This document shows, one piece after another, positions 1-13,213 of a stretch of DNA of 64,000 nt. The position numbers were made by a program, and so were the translations under genes. Source of the DNA: the human T2T-CHM13v2.0 reference genome, Homo sapiens; NCBI RefSeq assembly GCF_009914755.1, contig NC_060932.1. The stretch is one strand, 5' to 3'. The notes beneath the pieces were generated by a model. The model did not search any database. It was not told the DNA's origin and saw only the letters and a program-made list of their open reading frames with translations. Each line of letters begins with the position of its first letter. The stretch's first letter is position 1.

Positions 1-14
1 AAAACATGGCATTA

Positions 15-320
15 GGCCTGGTGCATTGGCTCATGCCTGTAATCACAGCAGTCTGGGAGGCTGAGGCAAGAGGATCACTTGAGATCAGGAGTTCAAGACC
101 AGCCTGGGCAACATAGCGATAACCCCATCTCTACAAAAAATAAATTAAAAAAAATGAGCCGGGCATGGTGATGTATGCCTGTGGTCCTAGCTAGTTAAGA
201 AGCTGAGGCAGGAGGATTTCTTGACCCCAGGAATTTAAGCCTGCAGTGAGCTATTACAGCACCACTGCACTCCAGCCTGGGCAACAGAGTGCGACTCTGT
301 CTCTAAAAAGAAAAAAATAA
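15..320 (+). mobile_element. AluJ-like
   Basis: Dimeric Alu with A-tail, highly diverged. Confidence 0.9.
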
Positions 321-748
321 TTAAAAGAAAAAAGAAAAAACATGGCACTGCAATTATAATTGCTTTAAATTTACATATTAGTTTTAGAAGAATTCACATT
401 TCTATTCTTTCTTCCTGTGTAGGACAATAACATATGTCTAGAGTTAATTCAAACTATTATTTTTATTTGTAAATGCATTTTTATACAAATTAAAAATATC
501 AGCTCCTACCCTCAATTCAGTAAAACCATTATTATTGAATATTAAAATATATATTTTTTCATTGTGGTATGGCGTGTAACTCTTATATAGTTTTAAAAAA
601 TAAAATGAAAGACTTCAAAGATATGTTTGCTACTTCTTTTCCATCATCATGGCAATGGAAAAATTAAAGAAATCCTGATTAAGCATTTTATATTGAAATT
701 TATCAGATGATTGTTCACACCTTTTTCTGTCATTCAGCATTCAGCTCC

Positions 749-1184
749 TGTCTTAGTCTGTTTTTTGTTGCTTATAATAGAATATAGCAAACTGGGTAAT
801 AAATAAAGAATGAGAATTTATTTTTTACAATTATGGAAGAGGAGAAGTCCAAGGTTGAGGGGCTGCATCTGGTGAGGGCCTTCTTGCTGGTGGGGACTCT
901 CTGCAGAGTCCCAAGGCAGTGCAGGGCATCACATGGTGAGGGGGCTGAGTGTGCCAGCTCAGGTTTCTCTTCCTCTTCTTATAAAGCCATCAGTCCCACT
1001 CCCATGATAACTCATTCATCCATTACCCCACTAATCCATTAATACATGAATGGATTAATCCATTTATGAGAGCAGAGACCTCATGACCCAGTCACTTGGT
1101 AAAAGTCCCACCTCTCAACACTGCCACATTGAGGATTAAGTTTCAATGTGAATTCTGGAGGGGACAAATATTCAAACCATAGCA
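749..1184 (-). mobile_element. MST-family (ERVL-MaLR) solo LTR
   Basis: Ends tgtcttagtctg... and ...caaaccatagca with typical MST internal text. Near-identical 5-bp flanks gctcc/cctcc. Confidence 0.8.
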
Positions 1185-2849
1185 CCTCCCATTCTTTAAG
1201 ACACAGTTTAGCATGCAGTAGGTGCTTAATACATGCTTGTTAAATTACCTGAAATAACTTTTCCATTATTGCAATCTAAGATCCTATTTATTTTTGATTC
1301 ATATCAAAGCTATACTATCCATGTGGATAGGAAACATATCTCTGGCTCATAGCACCTGGCTACACAATCAAAATACATTAATTTAATAAATGAACAAGAG
1401 CCATGCATGACCAAATATCAACTAGATCTTCTTCTCTGAATTACTAAGCTTCATCCTTTAGTGAAAATGATGTGACACTAAATGTGGGGTTTTAATTTAT
1501 CTCTCTTGAATTTTATCTTATCAGTGCACTATAGCTCTCTGTCAGGATTGCTCTGAATTTTGTTCTTCCAGTTTTGAGTGAGAAACAAACAGGTAAGCTG
1601 GACTTCTGGGTCTCCATCCAGAGCATGGATAGAAATGTCCATCAGCACCCTTGTTATCATGTTAAAAGCCCAACCTGCTGCAGGGCTCCCATAAGGACAT
1701 TTCTGTGTACCAAATGCTTTGGAGAATACCTTCCCCAAAGCAGTCCCATCCCTCCAGCTCTGATCCTCCTATTTTAATATGTCTAATTCCTCAACACCTG
1801 AAGACAGAGATGTTTCCAGTCCTATTTGCAGTAACCTAAAATTGCAGGACTTCCTGCAGGGATCCCTTTTCATTCTCCAGTGGATCATTCAATTAAAAGA
1901 AGCTTGCCCTTCTTACATATCCTCAAGCCTCTTTCTTTTTTCATCTATATCCAGCCCCGAATGAAGTCAGCCACTTTCATGCTGAATTTATAATTGATTC
2001 AGATGAAGAACCTAGGTAGTTTTTCTTTGCTAAGATGTTATTATATTAATCTGGAAGGGTTAAGCTCTGAAATATCTTTTGTATTAAGCTACTTTTCTCA
2101 GAACTGTATCCTTACAGAGTTCATGAAATAAGGTTCATGAACCTAATTAATGAGCCTAATTAATACCTAAGGTTCATAGGTATTAACTTGACCCTATTAA
2201 GCCCTCTTTGAAGATTTATCAGGCTACAAGAGGCCATGTTATATAGCATCACCCACTGGTTTAAGAGTGGTATTGCAATACACCTCTTGGCCATTATAAT
2301 ACTCAAAAATTCCAGTATTGGTAAATGTACAGTGAGGCAAGAATCCATAGACATGGGAGATACCATAGGGGAAGTTCTGGGAGGAAGTAAAAAAAGAAAG
2401 GAGACTCTTGAATTGTGAAAATATCACATAGTTCAGAGAATGGCCTTTAAAAAATCAATTTAACACTTATCCGGAGAAGTCTTCAATTGAGTATGTTGAA
2501 GGACTTTTTTTTTTTTCAGGGCATTCTATTTCTTATTGTAAATTGAAGTCAATATTAGAACTAAACTGAAGTTTTCACTTTATAGCCAACTTTGCTGGAA
2601 CACAGTTATGACATTCCCTTGACTAGTCCTCTGTGTCCTCTCAAAAATATTTTGCTCTTTAACTTCCAAAGGATTGATTTTTGTGGGAGAAACCAAGGCA
2701 GCAACACTGCATGAAGCTCCAATTCATGACATTAGAAAGTTCATTAGGGAGAAAAGGTAAAAATTCTGCAGAGGTCTGGGTTGGAGAGGGGTTCGTTAAT
2801 GAGTTACTGTTCACCAACATCTTTGTTTCCCTTTTCTTCATGGTAACAG

Positions 2850-5345
2850 AGATAAGGGATTTTTTTCCCAGCCCCCTTAACCTCTAGTTGGAGCCATATG
2901 ACTGAGCTAAGGTCAATGGAACAAACGTACCTGATAGCAATTGTGTGACTCCTCCAGGCCTGTCCCATGATTTTCTCCACTGCACACTCCTCCTATCTCT
3001 CTCCTTTCTAGCAAATCTTGTAGGCTACATATTGAAGATGGCAGCATCACAAGATGGAAGGACACTGGATCCTTGAGTCAACATTTATAAGACAGACACC
3101 AACTTGCCATGGATAGTGATATGAATGAGAAGTAAATGATTATTGTGCTGTCACTAAAATCTCAGTTATTTGTCAGAGCCAGGCATGACCATGTATGGTA
3201 CTACTTGCTCTAACAACTCTAGAAATGGATAGCTTGAAATGACATGCTGCCATACTAAAAATGGAAATATGGAAATATTGCATAGCAAGTGAGGATCCTG
3301 ACATTAGGAGGCTGAAGATGATAATTGGTCTTACGATAATTGGTAAACTGGGCCTATGATATTGAGGATAGCAGGCCCCATGCTATCTACTACTGAGTCA
3401 GCATGGCTAGGGGCATCTGTTAGAAAGAAGCAAAGTAGTGGTGTGTGTTCTCTGCTAGTGTCTGTATTTAACAAAGGAACACAAGGAAGAGAAAAGTGAA
3501 ATAATTGACTGCTTTGCAAAGAGAAGTAAATTGGAACAAAGTCCAGAAAATTTAAGCCTAAAGGGAAGGAAAACACCAACTGCCTCTAGATCCCAGATAA
3601 TAGAAGTAAATTGCAAAACTTTCCAGCAGCCAAGGCCCGCTTAGACCTAGCCAGGTGGGATGATTAGATTAAGGATGTGGCTTTTCCAGTCAACCCTTGT
3701 AGCATCAAGGTAGCTGACTGCCCTTAGGGAGAGAGGCCTGGGGGAGAGGAAACAAATTAAAACAGTAGGTTTGGAAACTACAGCTAGGAAAAAACTCTGG
3801 GTGTGGTCACTGGCCCATGGAATGGACTAGAAGCAAATAGATGAGATTTTGCTAAATGTTGAGGGACTATCATTGCCCAAAACCCCTACAGGTCCAGACC
3901 TTCACCAGTACCTTTGAGGTAGGAGGTGGGACTTGACTTTAGAGATGGGGCTTGAACACCAGATCAAATTGAGGACTAGCTAAAACAGGGGCATGGCAGG
4001 AGGAACTTTCCATAAGACATGCCCGTCAGTATGTCATGTCAATTTACCACTGTCAGGCCAACACCCAGAAGTTACCACCCCTTTCCATGCAACGACCTGC
4101 AACCCAGAAGTCACCATCCTTTTCCTAGAAATGTCTGTATAAACCACCCCTTAATTTGCATATAATTAAAAGTGGGTATAAATATGACTGCAGAACTGCC
4201 TCTGAGCTGCTAACCTGGGCACACTGCCTATGGGGTAGCCCTGCTCTGCAAGGAGCCATCCCTCTGTTGCCAATGTGCACTGCCACTTCAATACAAGTTG
4301 CTGTCTAACACCACCGGCTCTCCCTTGATTCTTTCCTAGGTGAAGCCAACAACCCTCCCAGGCTAAGCCCCAGTTTGGGGGCTCGCCAGTCCTGTGTCAC
4401 CCTGACTCAGGGAGCTAAAAAACAACCTTGCTCCAAGAAGAAGTGGGCTGTGAGAAATGAACAGCCCTCAGGAATGGCTCATTCCCCAGCATCCACTTTA
4501 GATGTGCACAAAGAGCGTGGTACACCAGGAAGCACCTTCCAAAGGGCATGTCTAAGGTGTCATGGACAAGAGAATTCTTCCAGAGATCTGCATCAGGGCC
4601 TAAACAAATAATTTTCCCCACCCCAGGGTTAGAGATCTTTACAACATCTGAGGGATCTCAACATTTCTGTAGACCAGTAGCAACTCTGTGTCTTTCATTA
4701 TTCCATTTTCTAAATGGGCATTTTGATTGTGATTATCAGATCCATATTCCTCCCATTTTATATGGGAGCTACAGGCTGACCTGATGAATAAGGATCACAC
4801 AGAGAACCTGGACTTTGAGCTCAGTGCAATGACCAGATGGGACTTTGAGTTCCCTCCATGGTGAGGGGTGAATGTGTTTTATGTGTGAAAACAACGGAGC
4901 AAACAGGTATTTGGAGACCAGGAAGGCGAACTATGTGGAGAATGCCGGTACCCCCTGATCTGTGTTTCTTCTCTCCTTCCAGGGCATATGGCTGCCTCTA
5001 TTTTAAAGCCCTCTTGCTGTTAGGTTGAGCCCAGTTTAGTGGGCTCTGGCCAATGGAATGTCAGTAAGAGTGTTGTATCCCACTTCCAGCCCAGCCCGTA
5101 AAATTCTCCTATGCATGATCCTCCATTCTCTCTTCCATTTTGCAGCCACCTTAGGGGCCATTTGTTACAGATAATGGTATTACAAGATGGAAGAACCCTG
5201 TGTCCCTGAGTCATCATTTGGAAGAGAACTGCCTAACCCATATTGAATTGCAATGTGAATGAGGAATAAGCTTTCATTGTATTAAAGATAATGGGGTGTC
5301 AGGATGGTTGCTATAGCAGCGATTGTTACTTACACTGACTAACAT
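2850..5345 (+). mobile_element. Old ERVL-type element: two LTR16/LTR33-like copies (~2850-3190, ~4930-5345) flanking degenerate internal sequence
   Basis: Shared motifs in both copies: ...ccaatggaa..., ...acaagatggaag...tccctgagtca..., ...tgaatgag.a.taa...attgt. Family assignment from memory. Confidence 0.55.
3915..4399 (+). mobile_element. ERV1 solo LTR, MER66-like (485 bp)
   Basis: TG...CA ends, TATAAATA near 4177, AATACA near 4289, near-4-bp TSD (cctt/ccct). Start tgaggtaggaggtgggacttgact...gaggactagctaaaacaggg. Confidence 0.7.
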
Positions 5346-5379
5346 AAGGGTAGGGAAGGCCCGTATTTAGAAAATACAC

Positions 5380-6084
<705 letters not shown>

Positions 6085-6167
6085 TCAAAGAAGTTTAGAA
6101 GGAGGACTAGAAGTATGTAGGATCAGATAAGCCAGAAAAGAATCAAGAAGGAGCTGTCAATGGAGTT

Positions 6168-6657
6168 TGTGATGGGTGATTTTATGTGTGAACTTAGGCC
6201 ACATTCCCCAGATATTTGGTCAAGCACTATTCTAGATGTTTCTAAGATGAAGGTATTTTTTAGATGAGATTAACATTTACATCAGCAAACTTTGAGTAAA
6301 GTGAATTACCTTCCATAATGTGGTGGGTCTCATCCAATCAGTTGAGGGTCTTAAGAGAAAAAAGGTGTGGTCCCCTGAGAAAGAGAGAATTCTGCTTCCA
6401 GACTGCCATTAAACTTGAGCTGCAACATCACCTCTTTCCTGGGTCTCCAGCCTGTCAGTCTGCCCTGCAAATTTTGGACTTGCCAGCCTCCATAATTACA
6501 TGAGCCAATTTCTTAAAATATTTATTTCTATCTTTATCTATATAATCTTTCTCTATACACCTATATCTATGGATATGGATATATATATAAAGAGATACAT
6601 ACATAGCTATATACATATGTCCTATTGGTTCTGTTTCTTTGGAGAACCCTGACTAAT
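6168..6657 (+). mobile_element. MLT2 (ERVL) solo LTR
   Basis: Begins tgtgatgggtgattttatgtgt and ends ggttctgtttctttggagaaccctgactaat. Confidence 0.85.
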
Positions 6658-7779
6658 GGTGTTAAATGCTACAAAATGGTTGAAGAATTTGCAGATTTTT
6701 GAGAAGGGTATTATATTTGGCAATTATGAGGAAGAGATCAATTTCCCTGAGCACTGAGGGCTGATACTATGTTCTCAGGAGAGTTAATTAGAGCAAGGAA
6801 TGAGGTGGAAAGAAAAGTGGAAATCCTGCTTAACTTGTTTGCTGGAGAGGAGTCAAGGATCAGAGCTGCAGGCGGAGGAATTGACCTTTAGGAGAAAGAG
6901 GGGTGGCTTTTGCCTAAATTAGAAAAAAGAAAGGGAAACCCACTGCAGCTTTTGAGCAGGAGGCTGGGGTGAGCCAATTATTCTGAGCAAATGAGACACT
7001 GCTCAAGAACGCTGACGTGGACTTTCTACCTTCATTAACACAGGGAAAGTTGTGCCATCAGTCATTCCCTTCCTTCTTTTCTACATGGCCTCACCTCTTT
7101 AGGTATTTCCTTTGACTTTCAACGTCGATAGGGCTTCTGTGCAGCCATCAGCCACCCTAACTCAGCTCAAGTTAAAAACAAGATTAAGCAGGTCCCCCTT
7201 CCCCACCCCACCCCATCTGGTGCCACCTGTCCCAGTTTGCACCACATCCCAATGGCCCCATAATCCAGTCTCCCAGGGGAAGTCACTCCAGATGACTCCG
7301 GTTCAACCCTCTGGTTGTTGGTAGAAATTGCCTGAATTGCAGCTGAAATCTTCTCCCAAAGCCGGAGGTCACCTCTAGGAAATCCTATCTCCTCTTTTCT
7401 TATCTGAGACGGGGCTGACTCCTTCTTTACCCTTCTCTTTCCCCTTTCTTGGCTCTGAACTATGACCTCTGCTGTCCAACTCTTCTGCTCTTTTCCGCCA
7501 CTCATAAGGTGGGGCTTCTCTCCCCAGAGTCATTTTGGAACTGGGATTCATCTTCAGTACCTCTCCAGGGCTGGGTACCACCTCTGCTCACCCCGGGCCC
7601 ATCTGCAACCATCTCTTTGCTGATGCGTTGGAGTTATAATAGCAACAGCCCAGGATGCCCACACCCTTTATCACCACAGGGGCAGGGGTTAGGCCGTTTT
7701 CCCCACCAACTAAGAAAGCATGGGTAAAAACGAGGGTCATTTTTTGTTATTTCTTTTTTTTTTAATGATGTAAGCTCTA

Positions 7780-8527
7780 ATTTTATTTCTTTTTTTCTTA
7801 TTGATATGTCATGATTGTATATATTTTAGGGATACATGTGATATTTTGATGCATATATGCAATGTGTAATGGCCAAACCAGGGTAACTGGGACATCCATC
7901 GTCTTTTCTTTGTGTTGGGAACACTCCATTTTTTCTCTTTCAGCTATTTTTTAAATACACAATTAATTGTTATTAACTCTAATTTCCCTACTGTGGTATC
8001 GAATACTTGTTCCTTCTATTTAGCTGTATTTCTGCACCCATTAACCAAATTCTCTTCCTCTCCCCACCCACCTTCCTTCCCAGCCTCTGGTAACCACCAT
8101 TTTATGCTCCACCTCCATGAGGTCCATTTTTGTAGCTCCCTTATGTGAGTGAAATCATGCAGTATTTGTCTTTCTATACCTGGCTAATTTCACTTAACAT
8201 AATGACCTCCAGTTCCATCCATGTTGTTGCAAATGACGGGGTTACATTCTTCTTTATGGCCAAATAGTTTTCCATTGTGTATACACGCCACATTTTCTTT
8301 ATCCATTCATCTGCTGATGGACACTTAGGTGGATTCCATATCTTTGCTATTCTGAATAGTGCTGCAATAAACATGGCAATGTGCAGACGTCTCTTGGATA
8401 TGCTGATTTCCCTTCCTTTGGATATGTACCCAGCAGTGGTTGCTGGATCATTCTGTAGTCTATTTTTAGTTTTTTGAAGAACCTCCATACTGTTTTCCAC
8501 AATGGCTATACTACTTTACATTCCCAC
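7780..8527 (-). mobile_element. L1 3' end fragment (L1M-type)
   Basis: ORF 8174..8500 resembles the L1 ORF2 C-terminus (MFIAALFRIAKIWNPPKCPSADEWIKKMW...SFATTWMELEVIMLSEISQ). Confidence 0.85.
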
Positions 8528-8569
8528 ATTTTTTGAACTTTCTGTCAACAAATATTTGAGCACCCTCTA

Positions 8570-8780
8570 TGAGAGGCAGTGTGGCGGACCAGGTCTTAGC
8601 ACACAGGCATTGGATTTAGCCTGCCTAGGTTCATATTCCAAGGTCTCCACTTACTAGCTCCGTGGTGCTAAGCACATTATTTACCCTCTCCATACCTCAG
8701 TTTCCTCATCTGAAAAATGAAGGCAATAATGCTGCTTACTTCATAGAGCGGACATGAAGATTAAATAAGTTAGCATACAG
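8570..8780 (+). mobile_element. MIR SINE
   Basis: MIR core cctcagtttcctcatctgaaaaatg. A second MIR core is at ~9000-9080. Confidence 0.75.
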
Positions 8781-8857
8781 GTAACCTCCAAGGTAAATAA
8801 GTTAGCATACAGGTAACCTCCAAGGTAAATAAGTTAGCATACAGGTAACCTCCAAGG
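8762..8857. repeat. 32-bp tandem repeat x3 (TAAATAAGTTAGCATACAGGTAACCTCCAAGG)
   Basis: Three identical units starting at 8762, 8794 and 8826. Confidence 0.95.
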
Positions 8858-9529
8858 TGACTATCTCCCTGGGGTTTACAAAACAGCTCTCCTGATCCAT
8901 GCCCTAGTTGTGGGAGACTCAGATCATGCGGCAAACTCGGAACCCAGATACAGGTGACAGGAGCACATGACTGTCACCAGGCAGGCAATGCCCCCTCTAA
9001 ACCTCAGTCTCCTCATCTGTAAAATGGGCAGCACAGTCCCTGGGATCCCCCTCTCAAGGTGGTTGTGAGGTTCTGCTGAGATCATGGAGAGAAGGGACTT
9101 CGCAAACTGTAAATTTGCCATGGCAAAATGGAGATTAGAGAGAACACAGCATCACCCTTGCTGATCTGATGGGATCTACAGACAGGGGTGGCTGTCCTTG
9201 TCCTCTTCTCTACTCCAGGCTTAGGAGACACTTTCTCTTCCCCTCGGGTCTCACCTACTTTACTTCAGCATTAAATAGGGCTTGGGGATGGGGAGATGGT
9301 GCTGACTGTGGCATCAGAAGAGACCAGGCTGGCCTGTGCCACTTTGTGGTCCCGTTTCTCCCTGCACTTTTCTTCTCATAACATTCATCCCACTTCTGCA
9401 CTGCTGCTTGTTTAATTACTGGCTTTCCTAACCAGACTGGCCATGTGACATGTTCCTCACACTTCTGGAGCTTGGGGCAGAGCCTGGTCCCTTGTAGCGA
9501 AACCATTTTGGTATAGTCTGGCTGCCCTG

Positions 9530-10160
9530 TTTGCTTTTGGTTGCTTGCTTGCTTTTTGTTTTTCTGGTGAGTTTTTTTTGTTTTTGTTTTTGTTTTTGTT
9601 TTCTTTTTTCCATGAAGCTGAAGGCTACACCACTGAACACTGAAACTTAACCTTCATTCACTACTTTATAGGTAACATTCATAGGCCACCATGGTAATGA
9701 TCTCTTCAGTTGTTTTTTAGGAACTTGGGCTAGCTCCTGTCCATCTCAAACTGGTGAGACCATTGGCCCTTCAACTGGGCAAGTGCCCCAAGAGGTGGGC
9801 TTTCAATGTCGGAGAGCCAAAAAACTCCACCCTTGGATCATGCTAACCCTGCCATTTTCTGCATATATGTCCTATGAAATACCATTAGCTCAGACTACAT
9901 TGGCATGGAATGAACCTGTTTCTTCATTTGTCCCCACTGCCAATTGCCTTTCCCCATGGCTTAGACCACTCTACTTCCCTAACCCATAAATATCCTTAAG
10001 CCTGATCTTCTGGGAGGTGGATTTGAGAGCTGTTCTCCCACCTCCTCTCTTGGTGCCCTTGCCAATAAGTCTTTTTTCTCTTTTCTAAAACCCGTGTCAC
10101 CTGATTGATTACCTGCAGGGGCAGCTTGCAGGGTGGGCAGATTGGACAGCGGACCTAGAC
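9530..10160 (+). mobile_element. Probable ERV1 (MER4-group) LTR remnant upstream of the promoter
   Basis: LTR-like 3' end: cataaatatcc...ggaggtggatttgagagctgttctccc...gccaataagtctttt. Subfamily not determined. Confidence 0.45.
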
Positions 10161-10331
10161 CTGGCCGGCAGCTGGGAGCTCGGTAAATGTTTGTTCAATC
10201 AATGAAAAATGACACGTGAGAATCCTGAGTGGCGCTTATGACCAGTCTCAACTCCCTGCCTGCATTCACTTTCCTTGGCTGTCACTGTTTACCCCAGAGA
10301 CCCCTCCACCAACAAAATCACAGAATTTGAT

Positions 10332-10625
<294 letters not shown>

Positions 10626-10899
10626 TCACAGAATGTGGCACACTCCAGGCCCAATTCTCTCATGTAGAAAGAAGAGGCTTGGAGATGAGAACTGGATGCC
10701 CAAAGTCACTCAGCTCGCCAGGGGCAGAGCCAGGGTGCTCACAGGGTGGCCAACCTTCCACGTCTGCCCTGGACACGGGACTTTCAGTACTAAAATGTGC
10801 GGACGTCCTTCTCCCGGACGTCCTTCTCCCAGGCCCTCGACATCATAAGATGGGCGAGAAAAACGTGCAGGGCTAAAATCTGGGGTCCCCACCCCTGCC

Positions 10900-11720
10900 C
10901 CAGCCACTTGGCGGTCCCGATAGTGAAATGGACTAAGATCAAGGAGCTCTCCCGGTGAGCCCCCCCATTGCGGCCGCAGCGCGGGCAGGGAGGACGCCGC
11001 GGGAGCCCGGGTTCGAGGCTGGGCTCTGGGGCTGCGGGGGCGCACGGGCGAGGTAGGCGGGGCGCGGGGCCCCCGCGGCGGCACAAAGAGGCCGGCCGCG
11101 GCAGTTTTGAAAATACCAAGGAAGTTGATCTGGGCCGGGGCCCAAGAAGTGACGAGGAGGGAGGGAGGCTTGCGAGCGAGGGAGGAAAGGAGGGAGAGGG
11201 AGAGGAGCAGGCGGGAAGGAGGGAGGGAGGAAGGGTGCGCGGGGCGAGGGGCGGCGGCAGACCTCGCGGGGCCCCAGCGGGAAGCGCGGGCGGCGGCGGG
11301 ATGCGCGCTCTGGGCGGCGGGGCGCGGCGCTAGGCGCCCGGCGGGGCTTCCCCAGGCTGCGACCCCGCGGGACCCTCCACTCCTCCCGCCGCCTCCGCAG
11401 CCCGCGCGCCGGAGCATGAGTCCCGGCCGGAGCCCCACGGCCGCGGGCGGCGCCTAGGACGGCGATCCGCGCCCTGGAGGATCCGCCGGCCGCCCGGCTC
11501 CACTACAGCTCCAGCCGCCTGCAGCGGGGCCCTCCTGAGGCCCCAGAGGAAGAGACCATGAAAGGTAAGGGCGGCCTGTCGGGGGCAGCTCCGAGGGGGG
11601 CCGCCTGCACCCCCGCTCCACCCAGGGCCTGGGGGGCGCCTTTTCTGCAGGCGAGGCTGAGAGGAGGGCAGGGCGCCTCTGGCTTTTCCCCTGCCTTTTT
11701 GGGCATCCTGCGAGACAGGA
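10900..11720. promoter_or_regulatory. SCARA3: CpG island / TATA-less promoter and first exon of SCARA3
   Basis: Very high GC and CpG density, GC-box-like motifs (ggcggggcgcggggc near 11056) and G-runs. It directly precedes the ATG at 11558. The TSS cannot be located from sequence alone. Confidence 0.9.
11558..11564 (+). CDS. SCARA3: SCARA3 coding exon 1 (ATG AAA G; M-K-)
   Basis: gagaccATGAAAG|gtaagg: Kozak -3 A and a canonical donor. Splices in phase 1 to exon 2 to give MKVRSAGG... Confidence 0.95.
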
Positions 11721-12719
11721 CGGATCCCTGAAGACCAGAGGAAGCAAAGAGGAGAGGGAGGATGGGGACACTCACACACCCCCCCTTGCAGTCCTGTTCT
11801 CATCGGCCGTTGCTCTAACCTCACAAATAATTTTAAAATCCAGAGAAGTTTCTGATCCCTTTAACCAGTAGACGCAGAAAGGCATCACCAGCCCAACTTT
11901 CCAGCAGTGTAAATTTCGACCCTGGGGACCCATCAGAGAGGCCCCTGCATCCCCCACCGAGCCTTTCAACCGGGGGCCAGGCCTAGGATTCTCCCCCAGG
12001 ACCTCCAGCCCTTCCCCAAAAGAGACCTGCAGTGTCAGAGCCCCTCAGCCCAGGCCCTGCCCTTCCCAACCCCTGAACCCTGCCTGACCCACCCTCTGAC
12101 CTCCTTGGGAGGAAGCCGCCGGGGAAGCCCCATGGGCCAGGACTGACCTCTCCCCAGGGTGGTGAGCCAGCAGCAGGGTGGCCCTTGCAGCCAGTTCTTG
12201 GGATGGAAATAAGAACCAGACATGATCCCAAGTGGCCATTTCCAGGGCCTGGGTGTCTTTAGGCCCCTACTTGGTCTTCAAGGTCATTTTGAGGCTACAG
12301 GAGAAGCAGGCTTTGGAGTTATCTCATGAGGCAGGGAACCTCCGAGGTTTTGAACGCCATTTCGGGTGTCTTTCAGTAATCCTCCTGTAACACCCCCAGC
12401 AGATGCTTGTGTTCCTAGCAGTGAGAACCTCACCACCTCATCTGCTTATGGAAAGTAGAAACTGAAAAGGGCCTTTGAGATCATCTACAGGGCTCTCAAC
12501 CACACTCTCAGGTGCCACTGACAGGTATGGAGGTGGAAGAGGTGGGGCCAGAGCTCTCAGCCTACTTCAACCAGAGCAGCTCTGTTTGTCTCTCATACAA
12601 AGAATGGCCTGAGGGTTCATTGGAAGAAAGGGCTCCACCGACAAACTTCTGACTGGATGCAGCCTCCGCATTGCATAGTTAGGGAAACTGAGGCCCAAGC
12701 AGGTAGGGCTGGCTTCATG

Positions 12720-13213
<494 letters not shown>

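Noticed and set aside
10710-11824. Long GC-rich ORFs on both strands (up to 242 aa)
   Set aside because: Expected from stop-codon scarcity in a CpG island. Low-complexity R/G/P/A content and no recognisable domain.
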